A stretch of 64,000 bases of DNA, taken from the NCBI RefSeq assembly GCF_009914755.1, contig NC_060942.1. The stretch is one strand, 5' to 3'. Source of the DNA: the human T2T-CHM13v2.0 reference genome, Homo sapiens. This document shows positions 15,682 to 31,689 of this stretch, piece after piece; positions within the stretch are counted from its first letter, which is position 1, and each line of letters starts with the position of its first letter. The notes beneath the pieces were generated by a model, which saw only the letters and a program-made list of their open reading frames with translations, had not been told where the DNA came from and did not search any database. A program made the translations under genes and the position numbers.

Positions 15682-15821
15682 TTAATTCTCTTATAAGAAA
15701 ACTACAAAATAAATTTAGCCTTTTGTATGAGTAGACATCTATTTCAAAGTTCTACTGTAACTTTACAGTGTGCTTAGTTTTGATACTATTTTTTTCAGTA
15801 CATTAAAAAGAAATAGAGACT

Positions 15822-16115
<294 letters not shown>

Positions 16116-17280
16116 TAATAGAGACAAACTACTAATCAAAAATAATGTATCAGGTAAGTTTCTGCATATTGGTAAAAAAATTGAATTTTAGACAATTTTC
16201 ATACTGCGTAAGAATGTGTTCTGTATGCATTTTGTGTGTGAGCCTACACTGTGATCACAGTCTCCAAGTGGCACATCTCATCATTCATATTTTCTCTTCA
16301 GAACCAAGTACAGGAAACTGTTTTGATTGTCTTTTTTGTGGTTTACTTTGCATGTTTAAGAAAAATCTTAAAACATCCTATTCTCTGTTAAGACCACACC
16401 AATCATAAAGTACATAACAGTTAATATAAACTTAATATTGCATCAAAAACAAATATATTTTATTTTGATAGTATATAAATAATATCTTCAGTTCAGTGTT
16501 ATGAGGAATGTAAACTGTTTGCTTTTCTCCAGAGAGGCGTCAATAAATCTGGGAAATTCTGTCCCCCGCATATCTACATGGAGAACTATATTACTATTTT
16601 AATTCCTTTTATTCCATTACAGACTAATCCACCATATTTATTTCAGTTAGATCATTGCATGAATAGATTTCTGGAGGGACTTTAATGTAGTAAAATATAT
16701 GTAGTTTATAAACTGGTATTTTGTGTTTTGTGTTATGTATATTAAATTCTTGGTCAGTGATCTTTTTAGGGTGTCATTTGTTGATAGTAATCTGCTTTTT
16801 ATAATTTTAACAAACTGCTTCCCTCCTGGAAAAGTAACCCTTTCTTAATTGTTGGCATTTTAAACCTTAGATATTTTCAGGACATGCATCTTCAATGAAG
16901 CTGGAAATGTTACAGATAATCTCTCTATAAAATGTACATTGCTGAGTAATATAAATATATAATTTCTCATTGACTTTATGATTTCATAGATGCTTTATCT
17001 TCATTTCTGATCATTACTTGATAGTTCTTTAAATTCTTAGCTTTCTCTGTTCATAAGCCTTCCCATCATGTATTAAATAATGAAACTTAAAGGTGAATAC
17101 TTTCATAATGTAAATTGTTTTCTAATTTATTTTTCATATGGATTTTCTAAATATGGTCACCTTTCTGTCAAATTCTTTTCTTACCCCCAAAGAGCGTGAA
17201 AATGTGTTCTCTATTCCTCACAGGACTTTATTTATGGAAATTACATAGTAATAAACCTGAAAGTGCTTTAGCACTTAGGG

Positions 17281-18040
17281 AGTAGGAAATAAAAGTAAAA
17301 TCCTAAGCCCCCCAGCCAACTGAACAGACCTCCTCTTGGCCAAGGGGACCCCAGAGAAACCTTCAAAACTAAGGTACCAGCATGACAGGATGGGAGGTCA
17401 GACACACCTCAGTATGCCTCTTCCTTAACCTTTAACCAGAATTCTTTCCTAAGGAGGACGCAGAAACTAGCTCTGGAAAACAAGAAACCAACAACTTATT
17501 CCTTTATTGCCTTTAGCGAATAGTCTGAGTCTGCTACTGGATGCCCCCTCCCTCTTTGCAGCCACCTCTTTGCAGTTTCAGTGCGACTGCTCACCAATTT
17601 CACAATGCATACCTTCCTTGAAACTGACCACCATCTCCAGACAAGTTTTGGCCCACTTGAGGAGGATGTGCAATGAGGGGTTTTGTGTCCTCTGCTTCAC
17701 CTTTTGATGTCAGAGGGCCAAAAATGCCACCCTTGGCTCATGTTAATGTTGCCATTTTTTTAACATGCTGTCCATGAAGAGGCATGAAGCTTATATGTGC
17801 ATGTTTCTCCTTTCATTAATATTTGTGACTTCTCCTACAGCTTGTTGAAGTTGTATATGGCCACGCCAGTCAATATCAATTCCTGTTCCCTTTACCCCTC
17901 CCTCAAAGTGCTTGTTCCTGGCTTCTGCCAGAGGCTACGCTTCCCAACCTGCAGGATGGCCAGCCTGAAGGCTGCAACCCTTTATGAGAAAGGAAGCTCT
18001 TGTTTCCAAGTTTATGAACCTCATGATTCTTCACTTGACA
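17281..18040 (+). mobile_element. ERV1-class solo LTR (MER39/MER34-group-like)
   Basis: AATCCTAAGCCCCCCAGCCAACTGAACAGACC...GGCCAAGGGGACCCCAGAGAAACC start; ends TTGACA; subfamily uncertain. Confidence 0.7.
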
Positions 18041-18719
18041 AAAGTATTATGAAAAGTTCAGGGTGGAGTTAAAATTTTTAAATCACTGAATAACTAAAGC
18101 ATGAATAAACATGGATAACCCTCTTCTCCATATTTTTGTTAGATCTCATGTTCCAGTAAGTAAATAGGTTATCACGCCAGGCATAATTGATGAAAAATTG
18201 CAGTAGCAGGCAGAAACCACTTTGATAGTTACTTTTGCCTACTTTAACCTCTCTTTTAGAGTTTCTAACCTAGTAAAGATTAGCAAGGTTATTTTTTTTA
18301 TTTACCAAAACTTGTGATAAAAATGAGTAGTCAACGTAAAATTTTCCATTACATAATTTATTTAGGTTTCTGAAAAATATTTTACCCTTTATAACTTCAC
18401 TCATGTCTGTTCGTATATATTTGATTCTAAGAGTAACTGGCTTCCTTTGATATGTAGTTTGAGTGTGTTGGCTCCTTCCTTTAATCTTGCAACCAAACTT
18501 TTCATACTAGTAAGGAAAATCAGAATTGACATTTCTTGAAAATAATTGGCTCCTAGTGTTATCTTTAAAAAGAACCTCTTCAGTTAACCATTGACCAATA
18601 ATGAAAAAAGTTAGAATCTAGGTTTCTTGCTAAAGCTATAAATGTGTTCAGATCTTAGGGGATAAATGCTACATATCAAATGTGGAGACCATTTTGTTTT
18701 CTTTGCCATACTACTCAAA

Positions 18720-19400
18720 CCCTTATGGCATTGTAATGTAATTATTATCCTCAAGAAATCATGGAGAGGTGACAGAAGACTAGAGCTGGGCAAATGTGAT
18801 TTTCAAAAATGAGAAGCCAATAGATTTTACAAAATATGGATTACCATTTGATTTTCAATCTGAATAAGCTCTTCAGGTGGGCCTTTTCTGACCACCCAAT
18901 CTAAAGTAACCCCCTGTAATTCCCTCATATCACCTTGGATTTTCTTTTTTATGATTACTTTTACCAGTACTCATTTTCTTGTTTTGTTTTGGTCTCTTTT
19001 TCTCACTAGTCTCATCTCCGTAAGAGGAAATGATGTCTATTCATTTCAACCAGTGTCTTTTCAGTAAAGAATGCCTTTTATATGCTAGGTACTCAACAAA
19101 CATTGAATTAATGAATTATTGAGCTTGATGCCAATTCCATGCAAGATTGTCGACTAGATTAAAAGGATGGTTTGTGAGCATAATTAGACATCCCTGAAAG
19201 TCCCCCAAACTCATACTTGAGTTTGCTAAGACCACGTGTCAAACTAATCCAATGTTCTTTCGATAGAGCTATTATATATCGGTCAGGAGGCTGGTGTAGT
19301 ATTGTGCATCTTGACCTCAGCAAGTATTTGACTGTTTCTCATAATGTCCTTGTTTATATCTGAGGTAGAAAATGTGGGCTAAATAAGAGCACAGATAAAG
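18720..19400 (+). mobile_element. CR1/L3 LINE fossil (RT region) split by an L2 piece (~18870-19115)
   Basis: CATCTTGACCTCAGCAAGTATTTGACTGTTTCTCATAATGTCCTT resembles the CR1 RT motif LDFSKAFDxVSHxIL. Confidence 0.6.
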
Positions 19401-19549
19401 AGTGTCCCATCTATGTGTGGCCTAAAAAGCTAGGCTGAGCTTATATTCATATCTGGCTCTCTGGCAGCACCCCTGATCAACAAGCCTCACTAAGTTTACC
19501 AAGGGATTTGTAAATGCAGAGAAGCCATTTTTTTTTCTAAAGATGGTCA

Positions 19550-21202
<1,653 letters not shown>

Positions 21203-22009
21203 TCATATTCGTGCACTGATGAGAATAAGCTGGTAAAGTGGGAGGGAGTGGTGATGGCGGCAGCAGCAATTGTCAATAACAGAGGAATCCTTGAGAAGGC
21301 AAGGTGGGTGAGATTCGGAGCACAAATGGAGGACTGGCTTCCACTGTAATGAGAGAAAGCAGAGAATAGATAGACTTGCAGGTAATTGGTAGATTTAGTG
21401 GTGGGAAGATTAGGGGGTTTCCATCTGATTCCTTCCATTTTCTCAGTGACGTATGAAGCAAAGACATTAGCGTGGCTGTATATGGGAAGTATTGGAGATT
21501 TGAAAAGAAGGAAGGTAGTAATGGTTGTCTTCAAGAATGGCCGAGTAGATTATGGAAGGAACTATAGGATCGCCGAGGAATTTTGAGAGCCCATTTGAAA
21601 ATAGTAATTACGAATTTAATGAGAAGCCAGTTAGCACAATTGTTTTTACTTTTCTTGAGCTAGGAGCAGCCATTCTGGAGCAGATGCAGAGAATAAAGTA
21701 TAATCAGGGCTTGGGTTTTCCAGGTGTGTAAGATGAAAAGCAAGGACACAGGCATTAAAGGTGTTTGCAAAGGAAAGATTATAGTGATTGGCCATAGAAT
21801 CTAAACCGGTATGGGGAAAATGAGATATTGGGGTAAATGTTGAGGGAAAAATTATCTGATGAGTGGGTCTCAATAAAGCCAAAAAATATGTTCTAGTGAG
21901 AATATGCCAGTAAAGTGAACTGGAAGGATGAAAAGCAAATAAAGCTATTTTACCTATAGTCCCTAAGATAAAGACGTTTTTGAGAACCCTTTTTTCTTCC
22001 ATACTTTCT

Positions 22010-22416
<407 letters not shown>

Positions 22417-22662
22417 TAAGAGCTCTAGTGTGTTCTCTGATACTTTTTCTTAGCATTCTGTTTTTGTTTCAAGGATGCAAAAACTGCTTTAATCTCCTTA
22501 AGGATACTAATTAAGATTATTTTTTATTTTCTAGCTTATTACTTATCTCTGTTTCCTTCAGTGTTATTGTTCTATTTATTCATCATTTTCTCTTTTGTAA
22601 TGGACATTTCCTCAAACATCTGGTCACCTTTGGTTATTCATTCATATTTAAAGGTGAAATAA

Positions 22663-22869
22663 GGCTGAGCACGGTAGCTTATGCCTGTAATCCTAACACT
22701 TTGGGAGGCCAAGACTGGCAGATTACTTGAGCTCAGGAGTTTAAGACCAGCCTGGGCAAAATGACAAAGCCCCATCTCTACAAAAAATACAAAAATTAGC
22801 CAGGCATGGTGGCACGTGCCTGTAGTCCCAGGTAGTCAGGAAACTGAAGCAGGAGGATTGCTTGAGCCC
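22663..22869 (+). mobile_element. 3'-truncated Alu (AluJ-like)
   Basis: Stops at GGATTGCTTGAGCCC and abuts L1 sequence. Confidence 0.85.
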
Positions 22870-23024
22870 CAATATAAGCAATGTACTTCTAAAAGAAACC
22901 ACAGGTTAAGGAAGAAATGACAATGGAAGCTAGAAAACTTATTTATTAAATAATAAAAATATCAAACTTGTGAGATGATACTGAGCTAAAGCCATGATTA
23001 GAGGGAAATGTACATACAGCTTTA

Positions 23025-23359
<335 letters not shown>

Positions 23360-24494
23360 CTAACGTTCATTTCAAGAAGTTTGAAAACAGCAAAGTAAGC
23401 TGAAATAAAGAAGCAGTACAGATTAGATATTAGTGAAATAGAAAACTCAAACACACAGTCCAGATCAACAAAGCTGAGTATTTTATTCTAGCTAAACTAA
23501 TAAAATTGATTAAGCCTAGCAAGACTTAGCAAGAAAAAGAAAAGGCATAAATTACCAATATGAAAGATGAAAAAAAATCTACAAACCCCAAGATATTCAA
23601 AATATAATACAAAGATATTATGAATAACTTTATACCAATAGATTTGAAAGTTTAGATGGAATAGATATTATATTTTAAAAATATTCCTACTTTTACAAAA
23701 AAGGAAAACTACTTACCAAAACTAACACAAGGAGAAATGTAAAATCTGAGTAGTTCTATATCTAGTAAAGAAATTGAATTTGTAATTTTAAACCATGCCA
23801 CAAAGAAAAAACAATGCTCAAATAGCTTCATTAGTGAATTCTACCAAGTATTTAAGGAAAAAATAGTACCATTCTTGTATACACTTTCAAAGCTCTCCAC
23901 ATATTCCACAGTCCTGGCCAGCAAATCCCTGACATCAAAATCTGACAAGATCCAATTCAGAAGGAAAGTAACAGGCCAATCTCATGAACACAGATGTAAA
24001 AACTCCTAAACTAAATATTAGCAATCTGAATCCACCAATGTCCAAAAAGAATAAAACAGCTTTACTATGTTGAATTTATAAAAGGTATTCGAGGTTGATT
24101 TAACATTCAAAAATCACCATATTAACTGAACAAATATGATCATCTCAATAAACACAGTAAAAATACTTGATAAAATTCAAAATCTATTTATGAAAAAAAA
24201 AACCTCAGCAAACTAACAATAGAAACTTCCTTACTTTGATAAGGATTATTAGCTACGAAAAACTATAGCAAACATCATACTTCAGAGTAAAATACAGAAT
24301 TAGGAATGAGTCAAGGATACTTGCTGTTACCACTTTTATTCAACTTTGTACTAGAGACCTTGTTCAGTGCAACAAGTCAAGGAAAAGAAATAAAAGCTAC
24401 AGGAATTGGAAAAGGAGAAATAAGACTGTCGTTATTTACACACAACACAATCGTGTACACAAAAAAAAAAATCTTTTTAGAATCTACAGATAAA

Positions 24495-24813
<319 letters not shown>

Positions 24814-26291
24814 ATCCACGGAGCAGGAGAATATATTTGTAATACATACAACCAACAAAGAAATCATATCGACATTATACAAAGAATTCCCACAAATCCA
24901 TAAGGAGGACAAGAACCCAAAAGAAAAATGGACAAAAGACTTGAATCAACACTTTGCAGAAGAGGATAACCCAATGGCCAATAAACATATGAAAAGACAC
25001 AGGAAATAAAATGATACTAATGATACATCATTAGATGTAATGTTACATTATTACAATGATGCATCATTTATAATGATGTATCATTAAAATGAAATAATAA
25101 TACTCTACACCTACTTAGAAAAGCCAAAATTTAAAAGTCCAATAATATCAGATGTTGACCAGGATGTGGAGCAAGTGCAACTCTTCAGACACTTCTAAAT
25201 GGGGGTGGAATTTGTACAACCACATTGGAAAATTGGCAGTACCTACTAAAATTGAAATAGGTCTCCCTATGACCTAGCAAAACATGCATTTCCACAGAAA
25301 TGCATACATATATTCACCAAAAGACATCCATAAATGCTCATAGCAGCATTATTCATAACAGCCCCAAACTGTAAATAACCTTAATATCCTTCATCAGCAA
25401 AATGAATACATTGTGATACATTCATACAATGCAACACTATCCAGTAGTAACAAGAATGAATCTTGTAAAATATTAAATAAAAGCCCTACACACAATACTA
25501 CGTACTACAGTATAGACTTTATGAAGTTCAAAAGCAGACAAAACTAATTCATGATATTATAACTTAATCTACAAGGAGGAAGGATACTGACTCAAGTGAG
25601 CATAAGTGGGCTTTGGGGGTGCTGGTAATGTTCTACTTTGTAATTTGACTGCTGGCTATATGTATGTTTTCATTTTCTGATGATTCAGCAAGCTTTACAC
25701 TTTGTGTGTTATAGTTCCAATAAAAAATATTTTAAAAAACAATTCTATCTCAATCTAGATAACAGCATCAGTTGTCTATTAAGGACAGTCTGAACCTGAC
25801 CAGTCTGAAGGTAGAACTTTGCCATCAGCCTATAGGATAACGCCTGTGCTTCTGTTCACTGATAAGGTGCATACAGCCACGTCCTCCAAATGTGGCATAA
25901 GATCATTAGAGTTAAAAAAAAAAAAAAAGGAAACAAAGGAGATACAAATTATGTCCCTGTTTCCGCTAGATACTACTTTATCTGTAACAAAATATCCAAA
26001 AAGTGTGTGATAACTACTAATATTACTCATACAGTTTAGAAATTCATGTATTTTGAATACCAAATCTGCACAACTAAAGAAATTATTGTCTACCAAAGTG
26101 AGGCAAGACAGGTGTCATGTATACAGTTTAAAAGTTTTCATGTTATGTTGGGTATTATTATGGGATAGTGTTGCACCTTGATTAATCTCTGAGTCAACAC
26201 AAATTTATCATTGGTTTACCTTTGTAAAAAAAAATATATATTTCTTACTACTAGGAAATACGAGAGGAAAAACAAAACATTACAGGGTGGT

Positions 26292-26586
26292 TGCTGGGTG
26301 CAGTAATCACACCTGTAATCCCAGCACTTTGGGAGGCTGAGACAGGCAGATCACCTGAGGTCAGGAATTTGAGACCAGCCTGGCCAACATGGTGAAACCC
26401 CATCTCCACTAAAAATATAAAAATTAGCTGGGCATGGTGGCGTGCACCTGTAATCCCAGCTACTCAGAGGCTGAGGCAAGATAATCGCTTGAACACAGGA
26501 GGCAGAGGTTGCAGTGAGCTGAGATCGCGCAATTGCACTCTACCCTGGGAGATAAGTGTGAGACTGGGTCTCGGGAAAAAAAAAAA
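26292..26586 (+). mobile_element. Alu (AluSx-like)
   Basis: Full Alu with A tail. Confidence 0.9.
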
Positions 26587-26899
<313 letters not shown>

Positions 26900-27525
26900 T
26901 TATTTATTAATAAGTTTTCACTATATGCAAGATTCGTAAAGTCTTATGTTTGCATAATTAATTTAAGTCTTTTATGCATTCTCTTTAGCTCTATACCCAG
27001 TAACAGCAACTATATATATAGCACCACATGAAAAAAATACATAAACTGAACAATTCTTATTCTTGCTGCGATTGATAAGCATCTCATTAACAAGATTGTG
27101 CCTGTGCTTTCTGGTGCTTAAATGAAGACCTGTTAAAACGTAAGATAATCCTTGCAAGCCATCCACTAGAAACAAAAATTATGGCTACATTTTCATTTTA
27201 CTTTTTTAATTCTGAAAACCAAACACTTCGTGCAGAATTGAGAAGTGGGGATTTCCAGCATGAGGTGCACACTATCCATGTAGAAGAGTTTTCATATCAA
27301 TCTATGATTCCTGAATAGGTATAATGTGCTCTTTTTTCCCCCAGAGAAAATAAAGAAGTTCATTGTCAGTTGATTACTTTTTAAAAATGGAAAACATTTA
27401 GCTTTAATAAATATTAAAGCTAATATTTTTAAATATTGTTTAAAAATATTTTAATTTTGAAAATTGTTTAAAATATATTTTTACATTTGTTACATATAAC
27501 TAAATTTTATTGTATATGTGCTTAT

Positions 27526-27527
<2 letters not shown>

Positions 27528-27559
<32 letters not shown>
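27528..27559. repeat. (GT)16 microsatellite
   Basis: Read directly. Confidence 0.95.
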
Positions 27560-27560
<1 letters not shown>

Positions 27561-27838
27561 GAGACAGAGTCACCTTCTGTTACCCAGGCTGGAGTGCAGT
27601 GGCGCAATCTCGGCTCACTGCAACCTCCGCCCTCCTGGGTGCAAGCAATTTTTGTGCCTCAGTCTTCTGAGTAGCTGGGATTACAGGTGTGCACTACCAC
27701 GCCCGGCTAATTTTTGTATTTTTAGTAGAGACGGGGTTTCACCATATTGGCCAGGCTGGTCTCCAACTCCTGACCCACGTGATCCACCCACCTTGGCCTC
27801 CGTGCTGGGGTTACAGGCGTGGGCCACCACACCCCGCC
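27560..27838 (-). mobile_element. Alu (AluS)
   Basis: Antisense Alu whose tail position is occupied by (GT)16. Confidence 0.9.
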
Positions 27839-28664
27839 AAATGTCGGTTTTTAAAATCACAAACAACATTGAAACTAGTTTTTGCAAATGAGAGCAATCA
27901 CCTTAGCTATGTGTTTATTCTTCAGTGAATATAGAAAAACAGTATTTGAGATCAATTACTTCCATGTTTCTCATGATAATGCTCTATGTATAGGAAAGAT
28001 AACATCCTCAAGCCTATTTTCTTGGATTTTATTATTGTATTGTATTATACATTAATATTTATAAAATATTGGAATTATTTGAGTGATAGTTCTGTAGAGA
28101 TATCTTTAAGAGTAATTTAATTTTAAAAAATTTTAAATTATTAGTAGATTTAATGTGTTAACATAGGCATTCTGCTGTTCAAAAGTGCTTCCAAAATCAG
28201 CACACTCACCTCTGGGGCTTTCCAAGCAGAAGTTTTAAGTCCCCTACTCTTCTTAGAAAATAGAAGGGGGTAATGTTGGAAGTGTGCCAGGAGTAAGCCT
28301 TGGTATTTTTCATGAAGTGCCACGGTGAAAGTACCTTCTCCCACAAGTCAGTTCCTTTTAGCAAAATAATAATCTCATCTAGCTTTCCTAACCGTGCTTT
28401 TCCCAGAAAGCCTGTCTCCTCATTGAAGATGGCGACACACTAGATAATTCAGTATTATTTTGTCTGTGCTTGTGACCATTCCTGTACTTACTTCATTTAG
28501 AGTTTTAACATCTATTTACCAAGTTTACACAACTGCCAGTTAAAAATGCAAAAGTGCATTTTCCTCAATGTAAATAGTTTAGAAACATCAAAAATAAAAG
28601 TGTGAGTTTCTCCTTTTCCTTCTGCCGCTCACCTGATGTTAAAAATGTGGTGCTTAGTGAAGCA

Positions 28665-28870
28665 GGACTCCCACCCCCGAGTCAGAGAACCAGGATTGGA
28701 ATCACAGCTCTGCCACTGATTGGCAAGTGACTCCAGGTAAGTTTTTAATCTCACCGTACCTCAGTATCCTCATTTGTAAAATGGAAGTAGTAATTGTACT
28801 CTTTACACGCCTGTTGTGAGGATTAAATGGATTTTTAAGTGTGACTATGCTATTAGTGTTTCCTATTATC
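28665..28870 (+). mobile_element. MIR
   Basis: CCTCAGTATCCTCATTTGTAAAATGG...GTTGTGAGGATTAAATG core. Confidence 0.7.
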
Positions 28871-29319
28871 CTTTCTAGAAACTTTCTTTGCTTATATAGA
28901 TAAAATCATGTTTACGGTTCTTTAGAAACATGGGATGATATTGCTCTGTAACTTACTTCTTTTACTTCATAATCATGAACATCTTTCCAAAACTACATAA
29001 TATTCTTAAGTAGCTGCATTATATTCAAAACTGTGATAGGCAATAATACTTTCCACCATTTGTATATTAACAGCTATTCACATTTTTTCTTTTTGTGGTT
29101 TTATAAAAATGCTATACTAAACATCCTTTTGTCTCTTTCTTTATGTATTGATATGTTTGATTCCCAGATACAGAATTGCTTCATCAAATGATATTTGCAA
29201 TTTTTAATTTTTAAAATCAACACTGCCAGATCACTTTCTAAAAAGCACAAAAGCAACTCAGCAGTGCACCAATTAGGCTGTACAGTAGGGAGTTAAAAAG
29301 CCAGCCAAGTAGTATGACT

Positions 29320-30150
29320 ATGGTAGCACAAAGGGAGGGAGGGAGAAAGTGGCAGAATTTTATCTGAAGGTAGACTGTGATAAATTATGGATGTGCATTG
29401 TAAACCCAGAGCTGCCACCAAAATAATAAAACAAGGATGCATATAAAACAAACTAACATGAAGAGAAAACAGAATCCTAAAAATGCTCAAACCAAAAGAA
29501 AGTAGGAAAAGAGGAAAAAAAGGAACAAATAGAAAAACGGATGGAAAAAATAGAAAAATAGCACAATGGTAGACTTAAACTTCACCATATCTATAATCGC
29601 ATTACATGTGAACAATCTAAACACTCCAATCAAAAGGCAGAGATTGTCAAAATGGGTAAAATGGGAAAAAAGAGCCAAATGTAATGCTGTCACTTTAAAT
29701 GATATAGATAAATTAAAAGTAAAAAGATAGATTGAGATAGATCATCTAAATGCTATTCATAAGAAAGGTGAAATGGCTATATAATTAATATCAAAGTGGA
29801 CATGAGAATTTGATTTTACCACCAATCAAGGAAGACATATAATAATGATAAACGTCTCAATTCATCAGGAAGACATAATAATTCTAAATGTTTATACCTC
29901 TAAGTAGAGCTTCAAGAATATGAAAAAACTGACAGAAATAAAAGGAAAAATAGACAAATACAGTTATTGTTGGAAATTTCCACACTTTTTCTCAGAACAA
30001 GTAACGGAAAATCAGTATGGATATTTCAGCCTATTTGACCTGATTGACACTCATAATGTACTTTACTGACAACAGCAAAATACATAGCTTTTTCAAGTGC
30101 ACATGGAATTTTGACCAAGATATGCCATGTGCTGGGCTAAAAGTAAGGCA
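29320..30150 (+). mobile_element. Old L1M fragment (start of ORF2/endonuclease region)
   Basis: CTAAACACTCCAATCAAAAGGCAGAGATTGTCA motif. Confidence 0.7.
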
Positions 30151-30237
30151 AGTGAATAGTTCTGGCAATCCAGGAATTCAAAACAGGTTATATTCTATTG
30201 GCATGGGACAAGTATCTTCATATAAACAGTTACCTTA

Positions 30238-30580
30238 TGATATGGTTTGGCTCTGTCCCCACCCCAAATCTCATCTTCAATTCCCACGTGTTGTGGCAGG
30301 GACCTGGTGGGAGGTAATTGAATCATGGCTGCAGGTCTTTCCCGTGCTGTTCTTGTGAAGTGAGTAAGTCTCATGAGATCTGATGGTTTTAAAAATGGGA
30401 GTTTCCTTGCACAAGCTCTCTCTTTGCCTGCTGCCATCCAGGAAAGATGTGACTTGCTCCTCCTTGCCTTTCACCATGATTGTGAGACCTCCCCAGCCAC
30501 ATGGAACTGTAAGTCCGTTAAACCTCTTTCTTTTGTAAATTGCCCTGTCTTTATCAGCAGCATGAAAACGGACTAATACA
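30238..30580 (+). mobile_element. THE1A (ERVL-MaLR) solo LTR, sense to TNFRSF11A
   Basis: TGATATGGTTTGGCT start, GAAAACGGACTAATACA end, THE1A-type short 5' segment. Confidence 0.9.
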
Positions 30581-30685
30581 TGATACAAAGGAGGGATTAT
30601 ACGTATGGATCCAACATCGACCTAGAATGTGAGGAAAGACACAATCCTAAGCAAGTAATGACAAACAAAAACAACAGGATGCTAT

Positions 30686-31444
30686 TGAGATGGAGCAGGA
30701 ACCCATCTTAGGAGCCTGTGGAGCACCCCTAAGCATGGAAATAAAGGAAAATCTTGAGTTCCTTCAAGGGAAATTCCAGGTACCTAGCTAGCCCTAAGAA
30801 GTAAATAAGTAACTTGATAAGCAAGAAGGTAATTGTAGCTTAAAACAATAACCAAGGAAGTTAGATTCCCTATAGAAACGAAAGATAACATCTTAACATA
30901 TGTCCCTGAATTGTTTCTCAGAAACCCAGACCCCCAACAAAACAGATCCACTGGCATGCAGACCTCAGACAAGGGGGAAATGAGGACGGAACTGACCACC
31001 ATTCTTTCTTCTAAATTTCTTCCTGAAGGGCAAGGAGGAAGTCACACCCACGAGCCAGAGCTAACATTCATTTTTGCTGACCCCAAATTTTTAACAAAGC
31101 TTCTCTTCCTTCACTGATGGCAAGTCAGAAAATCTTTGAATGTATAACCTATAAGCACCCTCACTTTAAAGATTTTCAAGATATCCCAGCTTGTTAGACC
31201 AAACCAATGTGCAACCTCCGTGTATTATGATTTTGCCTGTAACTTCTGCTTTCTTGAAATTAACCCTGCGTTTAAAAATCCTTACTTGCAAGCCAACTGA
31301 AGGTCAGGATTTAAGCAAGAGCTGCCCCATTCTCCTTGCCTGGAGCTCTGCAGATAAGCGCCCTCTTTTCTCCCAGTGCAAACCTTAGTGCGGATGGCTT
31401 GGCCTTACTGCACCAGAAGAACGGACCTCAGTTTTTAGGTAACA
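30686..31444 (+). mobile_element. ERV1-class (MER4-group-like) solo LTR
   Basis: TG...CA termini (TGAGATGG...GGTAACA), near-TSD CTAT/CTGT, AAGCATGGAAATAAAGGAAAATCTTGAGTTCC motif; subfamily uncertain. Confidence 0.7.
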
Positions 31445-31689
31445 CTGTGCCCCAGACATCTGGCCACTTTATGTCTGAAAGGGCCAATGTGGTGATGGGG
31501 GCTGGGGGACGCCTCAAGGCTGGCGGAGCCTGGTGCCTTTCTAGAATTTGGTGGGTGCAGGACGGGTGAGGGGCGGAGGCAGAGGATCAGGAGAAGAAAA
31601 AGAGATAGTGGCTGCTGGCCCCAACATTTTGAAGCAAAGAACAAGAGGAGTATTTTACGAAGATTGGCGGATGGTGTATTGTGTTGATG

